A DNA stretch of 64,000 nucleotides from Candidatus Poribacteria bacterium. Lineage in GTDB: Bacteria; Poribacteria; WGA-4E; WGA-3G. Where the stretch lies: NCBI GenBank assembly GCA_965205015.1, contig OZ242029.1, positions 4,064,001 to 4,128,000 of the forward strand, written 5' to 3'. This document shows positions 47,243 through 55,977 of the stretch, piece by piece (the stretch's first letter is position 1; every line of letters starts with the position of its first letter). The notes under the pieces were generated by a model. The model saw only the letters and a list, made by a program, of their open reading frames with translations. It did no database searches and was not told the DNA's origin. The translations under genes and the position numbers were made by a program.

Positions 47243-50200
47243 ATGCCGAACCTCAATCTCAAACCCAATCACAAAGCAGTCCGTGATTACTACGCCACAC
47301 TGCAGGAATACGATAAACACGACATCAGACACGAAGGCGCGGTCAGCTCACCTTTTGAAACCCTCCTGCACGCCTGTGCAAAACAAGTGAACGCTACGCT
47401 TGTTCCACAATACACCCTGCGTGTCCCACAAGGAAACCGCATCGTTATCGACGGCGCAATACTCGACGAATACGGACTCCCTCTCGCCTATTGGGAAGCG
47501 AAAGATATAGATGACAATCTCTCAAGGTCCGTACAGGAGAAACGCGAGGCAGGCTACCCGCTTGATAATATCCTTTTCCAAACTCCACAACGCGCTATCC
47601 TGTATCAGAACGGAGTAGAGGTGCTTGATTTCGATATCACCGAACCAGCAGACTTGATTGCCGCACTCCAACATCTATTCTCTTACGTGCCACCCGCACT
47701 CGACAACTGGCAGACAGCCGTCGCTGATTTTAGAGAACATGTTTCAGACCTCTCGGTCGAACTCAAAGAACGTATCGAGCAACGCTACGAAACCGATCCA
47801 GCCTTCAAAAAATCGTTCTTCGATTTCTACGAAACCTGCCGCACTTCCATAAACCCTGAACTTTCACAGGATGCCGTCGAAGAGATGCTCATCCAACATA
47901 TTCTCACTGAGCGGATCTTCCGCACCGTCTTCGAGCGATCGGATTTCACCCGTCGAAACGTCATCGCACGCGAGATTGAAAACGTCAGCGACGTGCTGAT
48001 GCGGGAGTACATAAGCCGCGACGCATTCTTGGGACGACTGAACCCGTTCTATATCGCAATTGAGCAGGCAGCGACACTCTGCAAAGACTTCTCCCAAAAA
48101 CAGCACTTTCTCAACACGTTCTACGAGAAATTCTTTCAAGGATTCTCTGAGGACGTAGCAGACACGCACGGCATCGTCTACACACCACAACCGATCGTTG
48201 ATTTCATGGTGAACAGTGTGGAACATATCTTGAAAACCGAGTTTGGTCGGTCGTTGTCGGATAGGGGAGTACATATCATCGATCCGTTCGTCGGGACGGG
48301 GAACTTTATCGTCCGACTCATGCGGGACATCCAAGGCACGGCGTTGGAAGAGAAATACCGTCAGGAACTCTACTGCAACGAGGTGATGCTCCTGCCTTAC
48401 TACATCGCCAGCCTGAACATTGAGCAGGAGTACTACCGACGCACAGGCACATATCTACCGTTTGAAGGGATCGCCCTTGCGGATACGTTTGAGTTGCTTG
48501 AGCAGCAACAGACAGAATTCTTCACGCAGGAAAACACAGAACGGGTGAAAAAACAGAAGGCAGCGGATATGTTCGTTGTAATCGGCAACCCACCTTACAA
48601 TACAAAGCAAATTGATGAAAATGATAATAATAGGAATCGAACGTATGAGACGATGGATACACTTCTGCAAGAAACGTATTCCCAAGCTTCAAAGGCAACG
48701 AATAAAAGACCCCTCTCGGATCCGTATGTGAAGGCAATCTTGTGGGCGTCAAAACGGATTGGAGAGGAAGGCATCGTTGCGTTTGTGACAAACAACGGCT
48801 TCCTCGATGGTATCGCGTTTGACGGGATGCGGAAACATCTCGCACAGGATTTCGACGCGATTTACATTCTGGATCTTGGTGGGAACGTCCGTAAGAACCC
48901 GAAGTTGTCAGGGACAACGCATAACGTCTTCGGAATTCGGGTCGGGGTGAGTATCAATCTTTTCATCAAAAGAAATACGGTAATAACAGATCAGAAACCC
49001 ACTGAAATCTTCTATGCAAGTGTCGACGAATTTTGGCAGAAAGAGGAGAAATATAACTATCTCGATTCAAAGGGACATTACCAAAATATTGAATGGCAGC
49101 AGATAACACCTGATAATCGACATGCCTGGCTCACTGAAGGTCTTGACCCCGAATTTGATACCTTTCTTCCTATGGGAACGAAGGAAGCGAAGGCACAAAA
49201 AAGTGCCGCGGTGGATGTAATTTTCAAAACATATAGTAACGGAGTTAAGACCAATCGTGATGCGTGGACTTACAATTTCAACGCAAATACCCTTGCTCAG
49301 AACGTTCAGAAGATGATGAATTTCTACAATGCACAGGTTCTGAAGTGGCTTGTCACACCAGAGAAGTCGATTGTGAAAATTGATAACTTCGTATCGTATG
49401 ACGACACGAGAATCAGTTGGAGTCGGGACTTAAAGGCAAAATTGAAACGAGGGACAATTACCGAATATACAGAGCACAAGGTAAGGACATCATTCTACCG
49501 TCCGTTTACGAAATCAAATCTCTACTTTGACCGGACGATGAATGATGTTGTATATGTGTTTCCATCCATCTTCCCAACTTTGGAGACAGAAGTCGAAAAT
49601 CGAGTAATCTGCGCCAGTGGTATTGGAAGTAATAATCCTTTTCATTTGTTGATGGTTGATGTAATTCCGTATCTCCATGTTACAAACAATGGTCAATGTT
49701 TTCCCTTCTACACCTACGACGAAGATGGCTCAAACCGACGAGAGAACATCACCGATTGGGCGTTATCGGAATTCCGAACGCATTACGGCGACGACACCAT
49801 CACCAAGTGGGACATCTTCCACTACACCTACGGACTCTTACACCATCCCACCTATCGCGAGAAATACGGAAGGAACCTCAAACGCGATCTACCGCACATC
49901 CCCTTCACCGAAGATTTTTGGGGGTTCGCCAACGCAGGGGCACAGTTAGCAGATCTCCACATTAACTACGAATCCGTACCAAAATATGATCAACTGAGAA
50001 ATGTCGAAACGCCGGGGCTACCGATAGATTGGCGCGTCGAAAAAATGCGATTGTCGAAAGATAAGACGCAGCTGAAATACAACGACTTCCTGACGCTGGA
50101 CGCTATCCCGCCAGCGGTCTACGACTATAAACTCGGCAATCGTTCCGCGTTGGAGTGGATCATCGATCAATATCGCGTCAAGACGGACAAACGGAGCGGT

Positions 50201-50317
50201 ATCGTCAACGACCCGAATCGAACCGATGAGCCGCGGTATATTGTAGATCTGATTGGCAGCGTCATCACCGTCAGTTTGAAGACGGTAGAGATTGTCAACA
50301 ATTTGCCATCTTTGTAA
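47243..50317 (+). CDS. Single-polypeptide restriction-modification enzyme (N6-adenine MTase + Type ISP-like C-terminal specificity domain, no helicase)
   Basis: IDG...WEAKD nuclease-like motif, GIVYTP, DPFVGTGNF (motif I), GNPPY (motif IV), YRPF, SALEWIIDQY. Confidence 0.88.
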   Translation: MPNLNLKPNHKAVRDYYATLQEYDKHDIRHEGAVSSPFETLLHACAKQVNATLVPQYTLRVPQGNRIVIDGAILDEYGLPLAYWEAKDIDDNLSRSVQEKREAGYPLDNILFQTPQRAILYQNGVEVLDFDITEPADLIAALQHLFSYVPPALDNWQTAVADFREHVSDLSVELKERIEQRYETDPAFKKSFFDFYETCRTSINPELSQDAVEEMLIQHILTERIFRTVFERSDFTRRNVIAREIENVSDVLMREYISRDAFLGRLNPFYIAIEQAATLCKDFSQKQHFLNTFYEKFFQGFSEDVADTHGIVYTPQPIVDFMVNSVEHILKTEFGRSLSDRGVHIIDPFVGTGNFIVRLMRDIQGTALEEKYRQELYCNEVMLLPYYIASLNIEQEYYRRTGTYLPFEGIALADTFELLEQQQTEFFTQENTERVKKQKAADMFVVIGNPPYNTKQIDENDNNRNRTYETMDTLLQETYSQASKATNKRPLSDPYVKAILWASKRIGEEGIVAFVTNNGFLDGIAFDGMRKHLAQDFDAIYILDLGGNVRKNPKLSGTTHNVFGIRVGVSINLFIKRNTVITDQKPTEIFYASVDEFWQKEEKYNYLDSKGHYQNIEWQQITPDNRHAWLTEGLDPEFDTFLPMGTKEAKAQKSAAVDVIFKTYSNGVKTNRDAWTYNFNANTLAQNVQKMMNFYNAQVLKWLVTPEKSIVKIDNFVSYDDTRISWSRDLKAKLKRGTITEYTEHKVRTSFYRPFTKSNLYFDRTMNDVVYVFPSIFPTLETEVENRVICASGIGSNNPFHLLMVDVIPYLHVTNNGQCFPFYTYDEDGSNRRENITDWALSEFRTHYGDDTITKWDIFHYTYGLLHHPTYREKYGRNLKRDLPHIPFTEDFWGFANAGAQLADLHINYESVPKYDQLRNVETPGLPIDWRVEKMRLSKDKTQLKYNDFLTLDAIPPAVYDYKLGNRSALEWIIDQYRVKTDKRSGIVNDPNRTDEPRYIVDLIGSVITVSLKTVEIVNNLPSL

Positions 50318-50401
50318 CCCCATGCCGGTCAGGGTGGTTTTGCATAGTAGTAGGCACACTCCGTGTGCCGTAACTCCAGACCCGGTATGTTCGGTTTCCT
50401 A

Positions 50402-50554
50402 CCCCTGTCTGAATCTCGGATTTATCGGATTACGCAGATTATGCGGATTTTCATAATTTTTTATATCGTTAGGTATCGAGCCCCGGAGGGGCGGTATCTG
50501 TGTAGAAACACGTTTTGCCCAAAAAATAAAGCCCCAGTGGGGTGCCATGTTTAT
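50402..50554 (+). repeat. Composite repeat (GGATT 9-mer tract + two GCCCC..GGGG REP-like units), left copy
   Basis: Reverse-complement similar to 52921-53065, e.g. TGTCTGAATC.CGGATTT and AGCCCCG.AGGGG.GG.ATCTGTGTAGAAAC. Confidence 0.75.
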
Positions 50555-52074
50555 CAAAACCTCCGAGTCTAAAACCCTCTGCTTCAGCTGGGGGATACAG
50601 ACTCGCTTTTGTGGACAGGGCCACGGGGTTATCTGTGAAAATTAATGTGCTTTTGCAGGCAAATCGTGGTATAATGAAAGTATCGTATGAGGACCGGCAT
50701 TATCAGCGTTACGGACTTGGGAGCGTGTCGGTTCCACCCACTGAGAAGGGGTAAAAGATGCGATATGCGAGAATCCAGCAATGCCGAAGTTTCACCGCAC
50801 CGATATCCTGAAAATAGAACCTCAACCGATATATGCTGAGATCAATGAGGCGTCGGGGTCTGTATGGAACGAGTGTCTCTCTCAAATGTCAATGTATCAG
50901 TGGCGCCGTGGGTATCCTCACGCGTGGGACTTTTTCTACTTTGGTCCGGAGTGTGAAGGCTGGATTGATAAAAGGCTTACCAAATCCCAACCTTTGCATT
51001 CACAAAGTATTCAAGCTGTTCGTGAACGTTACTTTAAATCTTGGGAGTCCTATCGTATTCTGAAAAAGGGTAACCCAACTGCGAGACCTCCACGGAAGCC
51101 GAAACGCTTTTTGACGACCCGTTGGAAAAAATCAGCGATTCGCTTTCAAGACGGCTGCGTCTCTCTGTCAATGGGACTGGGTAGAGATCGCCTCTGTATC
51201 CCTTTGCCTTCCAACTTCAATATGTCCAAAACAGAGCAGATTGCGACGATTGATTTGGTCTACACCTTCGGTCAATGGGAACTCCATTTCTCCTATAGAT
51301 ACGAGTTGGAAAAGACCGAAACAGGTAAAGGGGTTGTCGGCGTTGATATTGGTGAAATACACCCGATTGTGAGTCATGACGGAACAGACACACGGATTTT
51401 CAATGGACGGTATATCCGCTCGCTCTATCGCCATAGAAACAAAGTGATTGCCGAGTTCAGTCAAGCCATCAGTCGGTGTAAACGCCATTCGAAACGCTGG
51501 TGGAAACTCACGCGTCGGAAGTGGAAATGTATCAAAAAGATTGACAATCAGCTTAAAGATGCGTTGCATCAACATACCTGTAAGTTTCTAAAGTATTGCA
51601 ACCTCAAAGGCATCGGCACGATTGTGCTTGGCGACCTCACCGGTATCCGTCATCGCATTCACTACGGAAAACGTGCCAACCAGAAACTTCACCAGTGGGC
51701 TTTTGGTAAAATCACAGCATTGCTAACCTACAAAGCGAAGGTGTTTGGTATCAAGGTTGTGCAGATTGACGAAGCCTACACCTCACAAACTTGCCCAAGC
51801 TGTGGCAATCGGAAGAAACCTACAAATCGGACCTATACCTGCCCCTGCGGGTTCAAATACCATCGCGACGGTGTAGGTGCTATCAATATCAGAGCAAAGT
51901 ATCTGGGACACTTTGGTGTCCCCGTAGTGGCGGACATGGACCTGGGAACCATGAAGATGACACCGCCCTTGGGCTTTCGATTGAAAGTCCCTGTTGCCTC
52001 GTCTTAGACGCGAGGAATGTTCCTACAAGGAACAAAAGAACCCCTGGTTTCCTTTAGGCTTGGGAGTATGTCAG
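50555..52074 (+). mobile_element. Non-autonomous IS200/IS605 (IS1341-type) element
   Basis: Follows TTTAT; left-end hairpin CGAGTCT...AGACTCG; tnpB; right end ...CCTTTAGGCTTGGGAGTATGTCAG; no intact tnpA, no target duplication. Confidence 0.8.
50781..52007 (+). CDS. tnpB: RNA-guided endonuclease TnpB
   Basis: GVDIGE (RuvC-I), IVLGDL, DEAYTSQTCPSCG..CPCG zinc finger, HRDGVGAINI (RuvC-III). Confidence 0.93.
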   Translation: MPKFHRTDILKIEPQPIYAEINEASGSVWNECLSQMSMYQWRRGYPHAWDFFYFGPECEGWIDKRLTKSQPLHSQSIQAVRERYFKSWESYRILKKGNPTARPPRKPKRFLTTRWKKSAIRFQDGCVSLSMGLGRDRLCIPLPSNFNMSKTEQIATIDLVYTFGQWELHFSYRYELEKTETGKGVVGVDIGEIHPIVSHDGTDTRIFNGRYIRSLYRHRNKVIAEFSQAISRCKRHSKRWWKLTRRKWKCIKKIDNQLKDALHQHTCKFLKYCNLKGIGTIVLGDLTGIRHRIHYGKRANQKLHQWAFGKITALLTYKAKVFGIKVVQIDEAYTSQTCPSCGNRKKPTNRTYTCPCGFKYHRDGVGAINIRAKYLGHFGVPVVADMDLGTMKMTPPLGFRLKVPVASS

Positions 52075-52094
52075 AGTGGTTAATTGCTATCAGA
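51900..52094 (+). ncRNA. Predicted omegaRNA/reRNA scaffold plus flanking guide (5' limit approximate)
   Basis: Hairpins CCTCGTCTTAGACGCGAGG, GTTCCTACAAGGAAC and the RE stem; TnpB RNAs derive from the right end plus the adjacent flank. Confidence 0.55.
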
Positions 52095-52139
52095 GGACGC
52101 GCAGAAGAAATTTCACAGAAATTCACTATTAGGAATTTG

Positions 52140-52335
52140 CAGGTGTTCTTCGTACAAACTCCTGTCAGGTCACTGAGCCGTTCTCTGCCGACGCGTCTAT
52201 AAGTCTCATGATGCACTTGTGTTGCGCGTCTGTTTCCACATTTCCGACATTTGTAACCCGCACGCTTCATAATCATCCGGCGTTTAGTTTGCCATCGTCT
52301 TGATTTCGGTATCTTTTATATGATTTCCTGTTCAT
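52140..52335 (-). pseudogene. HNH endonuclease remnant
   Basis: MNRKSYKRY, one-base frameshift near 52308, then KSRRWQTKRRMIMKRAGYKCRKCG..QVHHETY..ERLSDLTGVC; final CxxCH incomplete. Confidence 0.7.
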
Positions 52336-52460
52336 TCTTTACCCTCAAAATAAGCTTCAGTATGTTCCAGAATATCGTTGTTCTTACTTCTTAAAATTAT
52401 AGCATATTTGATGAGAACATTCGAGGAAGAACCGCTATCTGTTAAATTCCACAGGTCGTG

Positions 52461-52533
52461 TACACATGCCGCCCTTACAGGGCTTATTTGTGATTGCAAC
52501 GTTTTCTATAAACATAACGCCCCTACGGGGCTC
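52461..52533 (-). repeat. Two REP-like GCCCC..GGGG units (reverse orientation)
   Basis: TACACATGCCGCCCTTACAGGGCT and CTATAAACATAACGCCCCTACGGGGCT. Confidence 0.7.
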
Positions 52534-52584
52534 AGAGGCTTTTATGTGAGAATCAAATGCCTCTGTCGGCCCGAACTTCCTAAC

Positions 52585-52613
52585 TTGATTTTCATAAATG
52601 AAACTGCTATAAT
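52585..52613 (+). promoter_or_regulatory. sigma70 promoter (extended -10)
   Basis: TTGATT-N17-TATAAT with TGn. Confidence 0.6.
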
Positions 52614-52653
52614 TTGCTATGAATAACTTTGACTTTTCTCTAAAGGAGAACCT

Positions 52654-52875
52654 ATGAGTCAAGCAACATCCAATCAACATGATCCAGATATGCTCGATGA
52701 ATATGATTTCAGTGAAGGGGTTCGAGGCAAATATGCAAAGCACTACCACGCAGGAACAAATTTGGTTCGGCTTGACGACGACGTAGCCGAAATGTTTCCA
52801 GATGCGAAGTCGGTCAACGATGCCTTGAGAGCGTTAGGAAAAATCATCGCCAAACACCAGCAAAAAGCTTCATAA
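52654..52875 (+). CDS. Orphan BrnA-like antitoxin
   Basis: EYDFSEGVRGKY..VRLDDDVAEMFPDAKSVNDALR; SD AAGGAG. Confidence 0.7.
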   Translation: MSQATSNQHDPDMLDEYDFSEGVRGKYAKHYHAGTNLVRLDDDVAEMFPDAKSVNDALRALGKIIAKHQQKAS

Positions 52876-52920
52876 GCTGCGATACACCTGTTGAAGAAAT
52901 CCCCAAGAATACCCCAGCAA

Positions 52921-53065
52921 ATACCTTTACTGGGGCTTGGATTTCTCAACAAACACGTTTCTACACAGATGCCTCCCCTACGGGGCTGAAGATGCCGGAA
53001 TATACACAATCACCATAATCCGCGGAATCCGTTGAATCTGCGAAAATCCGCGATTCAGACAAGGG
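52921..53065 (-). repeat. Composite repeat, right (inverted) copy
   Basis: Mirror of 50402-50554. Confidence 0.75.
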
Positions 53066-53075
53066 ATGTTATATA

Positions 53076-53420
53076 TTACCGCCACCGATCTTTCAGATAT
53101 TCATAGGAACCCTCAACAGTCTCACCTTCACATATCGGCGCGAGTGCTTGCCCAGTTTCCGTGAGAACCGTAACCCCAACATCAAGTGCGTTGTCAGTAT
53201 CCTTCGACATCACCAAACGAAACAGCCTACCGTAATAACTCGCGACGACGTACTTGGATAAAACGGGTAATCTGAAGCCATGGGACCCCTGAAATTGAAC
53301 AAGTCCAGCCGCCTCAAGGCACGTCAAAGCCTCACGGTTAATCCCGTGCTTGTTATAGATTTCTGACATTTCAGAGAACACCAGCGGCACAATCCCCTGA
53401 TCCTCAATCTCACACGCGAA
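53076..53420 (-). pseudogene. C-terminal fragment of a DUF2806-like protein
   Basis: PLVF..IYNKHGIN..L..L.AAGLV..G...LT..G..LA.IC; 5' part replaced by a GTAG REP (53427-53483); family call from memory. Confidence 0.5.
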
Positions 53421-53497
53421 ACCGCAGTAGGGGCAGGTCTTGTACCTGCCCGTATCGGAATCACGAGCACAGCCGCTCCTACAAGAAGAGTAAAGGT

Positions 53498-53526
53498 TTG
53501 ACATGCGCCACAATTTCTGATACAGT
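53498..53526 (+). promoter_or_regulatory. sigma70 promoter, probably leaderless mRNA
   Basis: TTGACA-N17-TACAGT with TGn; ATG 53533 lies 6 nt downstream, no SD. Confidence 0.65.
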
Positions 53527-53532
53527 GTATTT

Positions 53533-54024
53533 ATGCCACGCGAAAACAAGATTCTCAACATCGGTGATACTGCACCATTATTCACACTCCCATCGCATCA
53601 ACGTGGAGAGGTATCGCTTGCAACGTATCAAGAAACACACCACGTCATCCTCACCTTTTTCCGAGGGACGTGGTGACCGAACAGCCGTCGCCAGTTGGCG
53701 GCAGTGCAAGAAAACGTTGAAGGCTACACAGCGTATGCAGCCACCCCACTCGCCATTGCTGGGCAGTGGCCCCGTGAACTCCGAGGCTATGCCGAGAAAA
53801 ACGGCATCACGTTCCCGCTACTGGTAGACAAAACCCGGAGCATTATCAAAAGTTACGGTGTCTACCACTGGCTCAGCTTAGAGGCTTACAACATCGCACG
53901 TCCGGCGACATTTATTATTGACAAAACAGGGATTGTTAGATATATGTACATCGGTTCGCATCAATTTGACCTCCCGAAACAGATAGAAATCCTCGAATCC
54001 CTGAAAGAGATCACGTCACTATAA
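53533..54024 (+). CDS. AhpC/TSA peroxiredoxin-like selenoprotein (163 aa, Sec48)
   Basis: MPRENKILNIGDTAPLFTLP...LTFFRGTW-TGA(53674)-PNSRRQL continues in frame into the called ORF 53695..54024 (FPLLVD, RPATFIIDKTG). Confidence 0.85.
53687..53702 (+). promoter_or_regulatory. Candidate bacterial SECIS hairpin
   Basis: GTCGCC-AGTT-GGCGGC stem-loop with G in the loop, stem starting 11 nt after the UGA. Confidence 0.6.
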
Positions 54025-54032
54025 AAATGATT

Positions 54033-54060
54033 TTGACTTCTCATCAAAATGTGATATAAT
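54033..54060 (+). promoter_or_regulatory. sigma70 promoter of rib operon
   Basis: TTGACT-N16-TATAAT with TGn extension. Confidence 0.65.
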
Positions 54061-54098
54061 TTAAAAAACGGACTTTCGGGTGTAGATAACGCATCGCC

Positions 54099-55202
54099 AT
54101 GGACGAAATACACAAAGCCTTTATGCAACGCGCACTGGATTTAGCACAGCGGGCAAAAGGACGCACGAGTCCCAACCCACTTGTCGGCGCGGTCATTGTA
54201 AAAGACGGAAAGATTATCGGTGAAGGGTATCACCAGAAAGCAGGGACACCACACGCCGAAGTCCATGCGCTCAAGGCTGCGGGCGAAGCCGCCAAAGGTG
54301 CGACGCTTTACACAAACCTTGAGCCGTGTTGCCATTGGGGACGGACACCTCCCTGCACAGAGGCACTGATTCAAGCGGGTATCGCGCAGGTCTATATCGC
54401 GGAAGTCGATCCGAATCCGAGTGTCGCCGGCAAGGGGGTCCAACAACTCCAAAATGCCGGTATAGACGTCCATGTAGGTGTTTACCGGCAGGAAGCGTCT
54501 GACTTAAACGAGGTGCATCGGAAATACATTCAAACCGGCAAGCCGTTTGTAATTCTCAAAACCGCTATGAGTCTTGACGGGAAGATCGCCACCGCTTCCG
54601 GAGAATCGCAATGGATTACGTCCGAGGCCTCGCGACAGCGGGGGCATGAAGTTCGGGACGCGGTCGATGCAATCCTCGTCGGTAGAGGTACAGTCGCCCG
54701 CGATAATCCTGCCCTGACGACACGACTTCAGAATAGAGAGGGACAAGACGCAACCCGGATTGTGTTAGATTCACACGGGAGAACGCGTGCGGACGCACAC
54801 ATTTTCAACCCCGATAGTGAGGCTGGAATTATCGTGGCAGTAACATCAGAGGCACCTTCTGAAAACATCGATGCCCTCGAAAAGGTTGGGGCAGAAGTAC
54901 TGACCGTTCCAGCAGCGCACGGAAACCAAGTCTGTTTCAGGTGTTTGATGGAAATATTAGGGAAACGTGAGATAACAAGTGTCCTGATAGAAGGGGGTAG
55001 CGAAATCAATGCCTCAGCCCTCGCTGCTGGTGTTGTAGACAAGGTGATGTGCTTCATTGCACCCAAACTCATCGGCGGACAGGATGCCCCTGGACCGATC
55101 GGCGGTGTAGGAATCCACAGTTTAACCGAGGCAGTGAACCTACAGCGAGTGAGCGTCACACCGATTGCTGAACACGACTTTCTAATGGAAGGGTATCTAT
55201 AG
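54099..55202 (+). CDS. ribD: Riboflavin biosynthesis deaminase/reductase
   Basis: PNPLVGAV, HAE, LEPCCHWGRTPPC, SLDGKIA, EGG. Confidence 0.97.
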   Translation: MDEIHKAFMQRALDLAQRAKGRTSPNPLVGAVIVKDGKIIGEGYHQKAGTPHAEVHALKAAGEAAKGATLYTNLEPCCHWGRTPPCTEALIQAGIAQVYIAEVDPNPSVAGKGVQQLQNAGIDVHVGVYRQEASDLNEVHRKYIQTGKPFVILKTAMSLDGKIATASGESQWITSEASRQRGHEVRDAVDAILVGRGTVARDNPALTTRLQNREGQDATRIVLDSHGRTRADAHIFNPDSEAGIIVAVTSEAPSENIDALEKVGAEVLTVPAAHGNQVCFRCLMEILGKREITSVLIEGGSEINASALAAGVVDKVMCFIAPKLIGGQDAPGPIGGVGIHSLTEAVNLQRVSVTPIAEHDFLMEGYL

Positions 55203-55203
55203 C

Positions 55204-55875
55204 ATGTTCACCGGAATCGTCGAAGAACTCGGAACGATTAGAGGCATTCAGATCAAATCTCAAGATGCTATCCTTGAGATCCAAGCGACCGACGTCCTCA
55301 GTGATGCGAAAGTCGGCGACAGTATCTCCGTTGACGGCGCGTGTCTTACGATCCGTTTCCTCACATCGGAGACATTCACTGTGGATGTTTCCGCGGAGAC
55401 CTTGCGCCTCACAACCTTGGGGGAGCGGAAGGTAGGAGAGCGTGTCAATTTAGAGCGTTCCCTCCGGCTCAGTGATAGGTTAGGGGGGCATCTCGTTTTG
55501 GGGCACGTCGATGAGGTGGCGACAATTCGCTCGTGGAAAGATGAGGGGGATGCTTCTGTGATGCAGGTTACAATGAGTCGCACCAGCAAGCCATACATCG
55601 CATATAAGGGCTCCATCACGATTGACGGGGTGAGTTTAACCGTATCAAATGTGCTCGCAGATGCCTTTGAAGTCACGCTGATCCCGCATACAAAGGACGT
55701 TACGACCTTCGGGACGAAACGGGATGGGGCTAAGGTGAACCTCGAAGTCGACATCGTCGCGCGTTATCTTGAAACACTACTTAAAAATACCGAAGATAAA
55801 ACGGAATGGAGCAAACAGTCTTCTTCTGAAACCCTTGATTTGAACTTTTTAGCGAGACACGGCTATATCGAATAG
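55204..55875 (+). CDS. ribE: Riboflavin synthase (alpha chain)
   Basis: MFTGIVEE, GDSISVDGACLT, GGHLVLGHVD. Confidence 0.97.
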   Translation: MFTGIVEELGTIRGIQIKSQDAILEIQATDVLSDAKVGDSISVDGACLTIRFLTSETFTVDVSAETLRLTTLGERKVGERVNLERSLRLSDRLGGHLVLGHVDEVATIRSWKDEGDASVMQVTMSRTSKPYIAYKGSITIDGVSLTVSNVLADAFEVTLIPHTKDVTTFGTKRDGAKVNLEVDIVARYLETLLKNTEDKTEWSKQSSSETLDLNFLARHGYIE

Positions 55876-55962
55876 TTGTCAGCCGTTAGCCGCCAGTCGT
55901 CAGTGAAGGGGGTTTCGTCCACAAGTTGCCGCTCCTAACTAATAACTGATAACCGATAACTA
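55873..55962. repeat. Heptamer-based palindromic repeat (ribE-ribBA)
   Basis: TAGTTGTCAG...AACTAATAACTGATAACCGATAACTA. Confidence 0.75.
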
Positions 55963-55977
55963 TTAAAGTAGGCAAGA

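Noticed and set aside
50555-50780. IStron (group I intron fused to the TnpB element), suggested by the TCAG end
   Set aside because: Only ~225 bp precede tnpB, no intron core recognised, and the insertion is intergenic
52004-52335. HNH next to TnpB as an IscB/Cas9-like split system
   Set aside because: The HNH is outside the element, convergent, frameshifted and lacks the final CxxCH
53421-53585. N-terminal part of called ORF 53076..53585
   Set aside because: Translates a REP element and the antisense of the selenoprotein promoter and start; only the distal part looks protein-like
54025-54098. FMN riboswitch upstream of ribD
   Set aside because: Spacer is 74 bp, mostly promoter; too short and no RFN motifs
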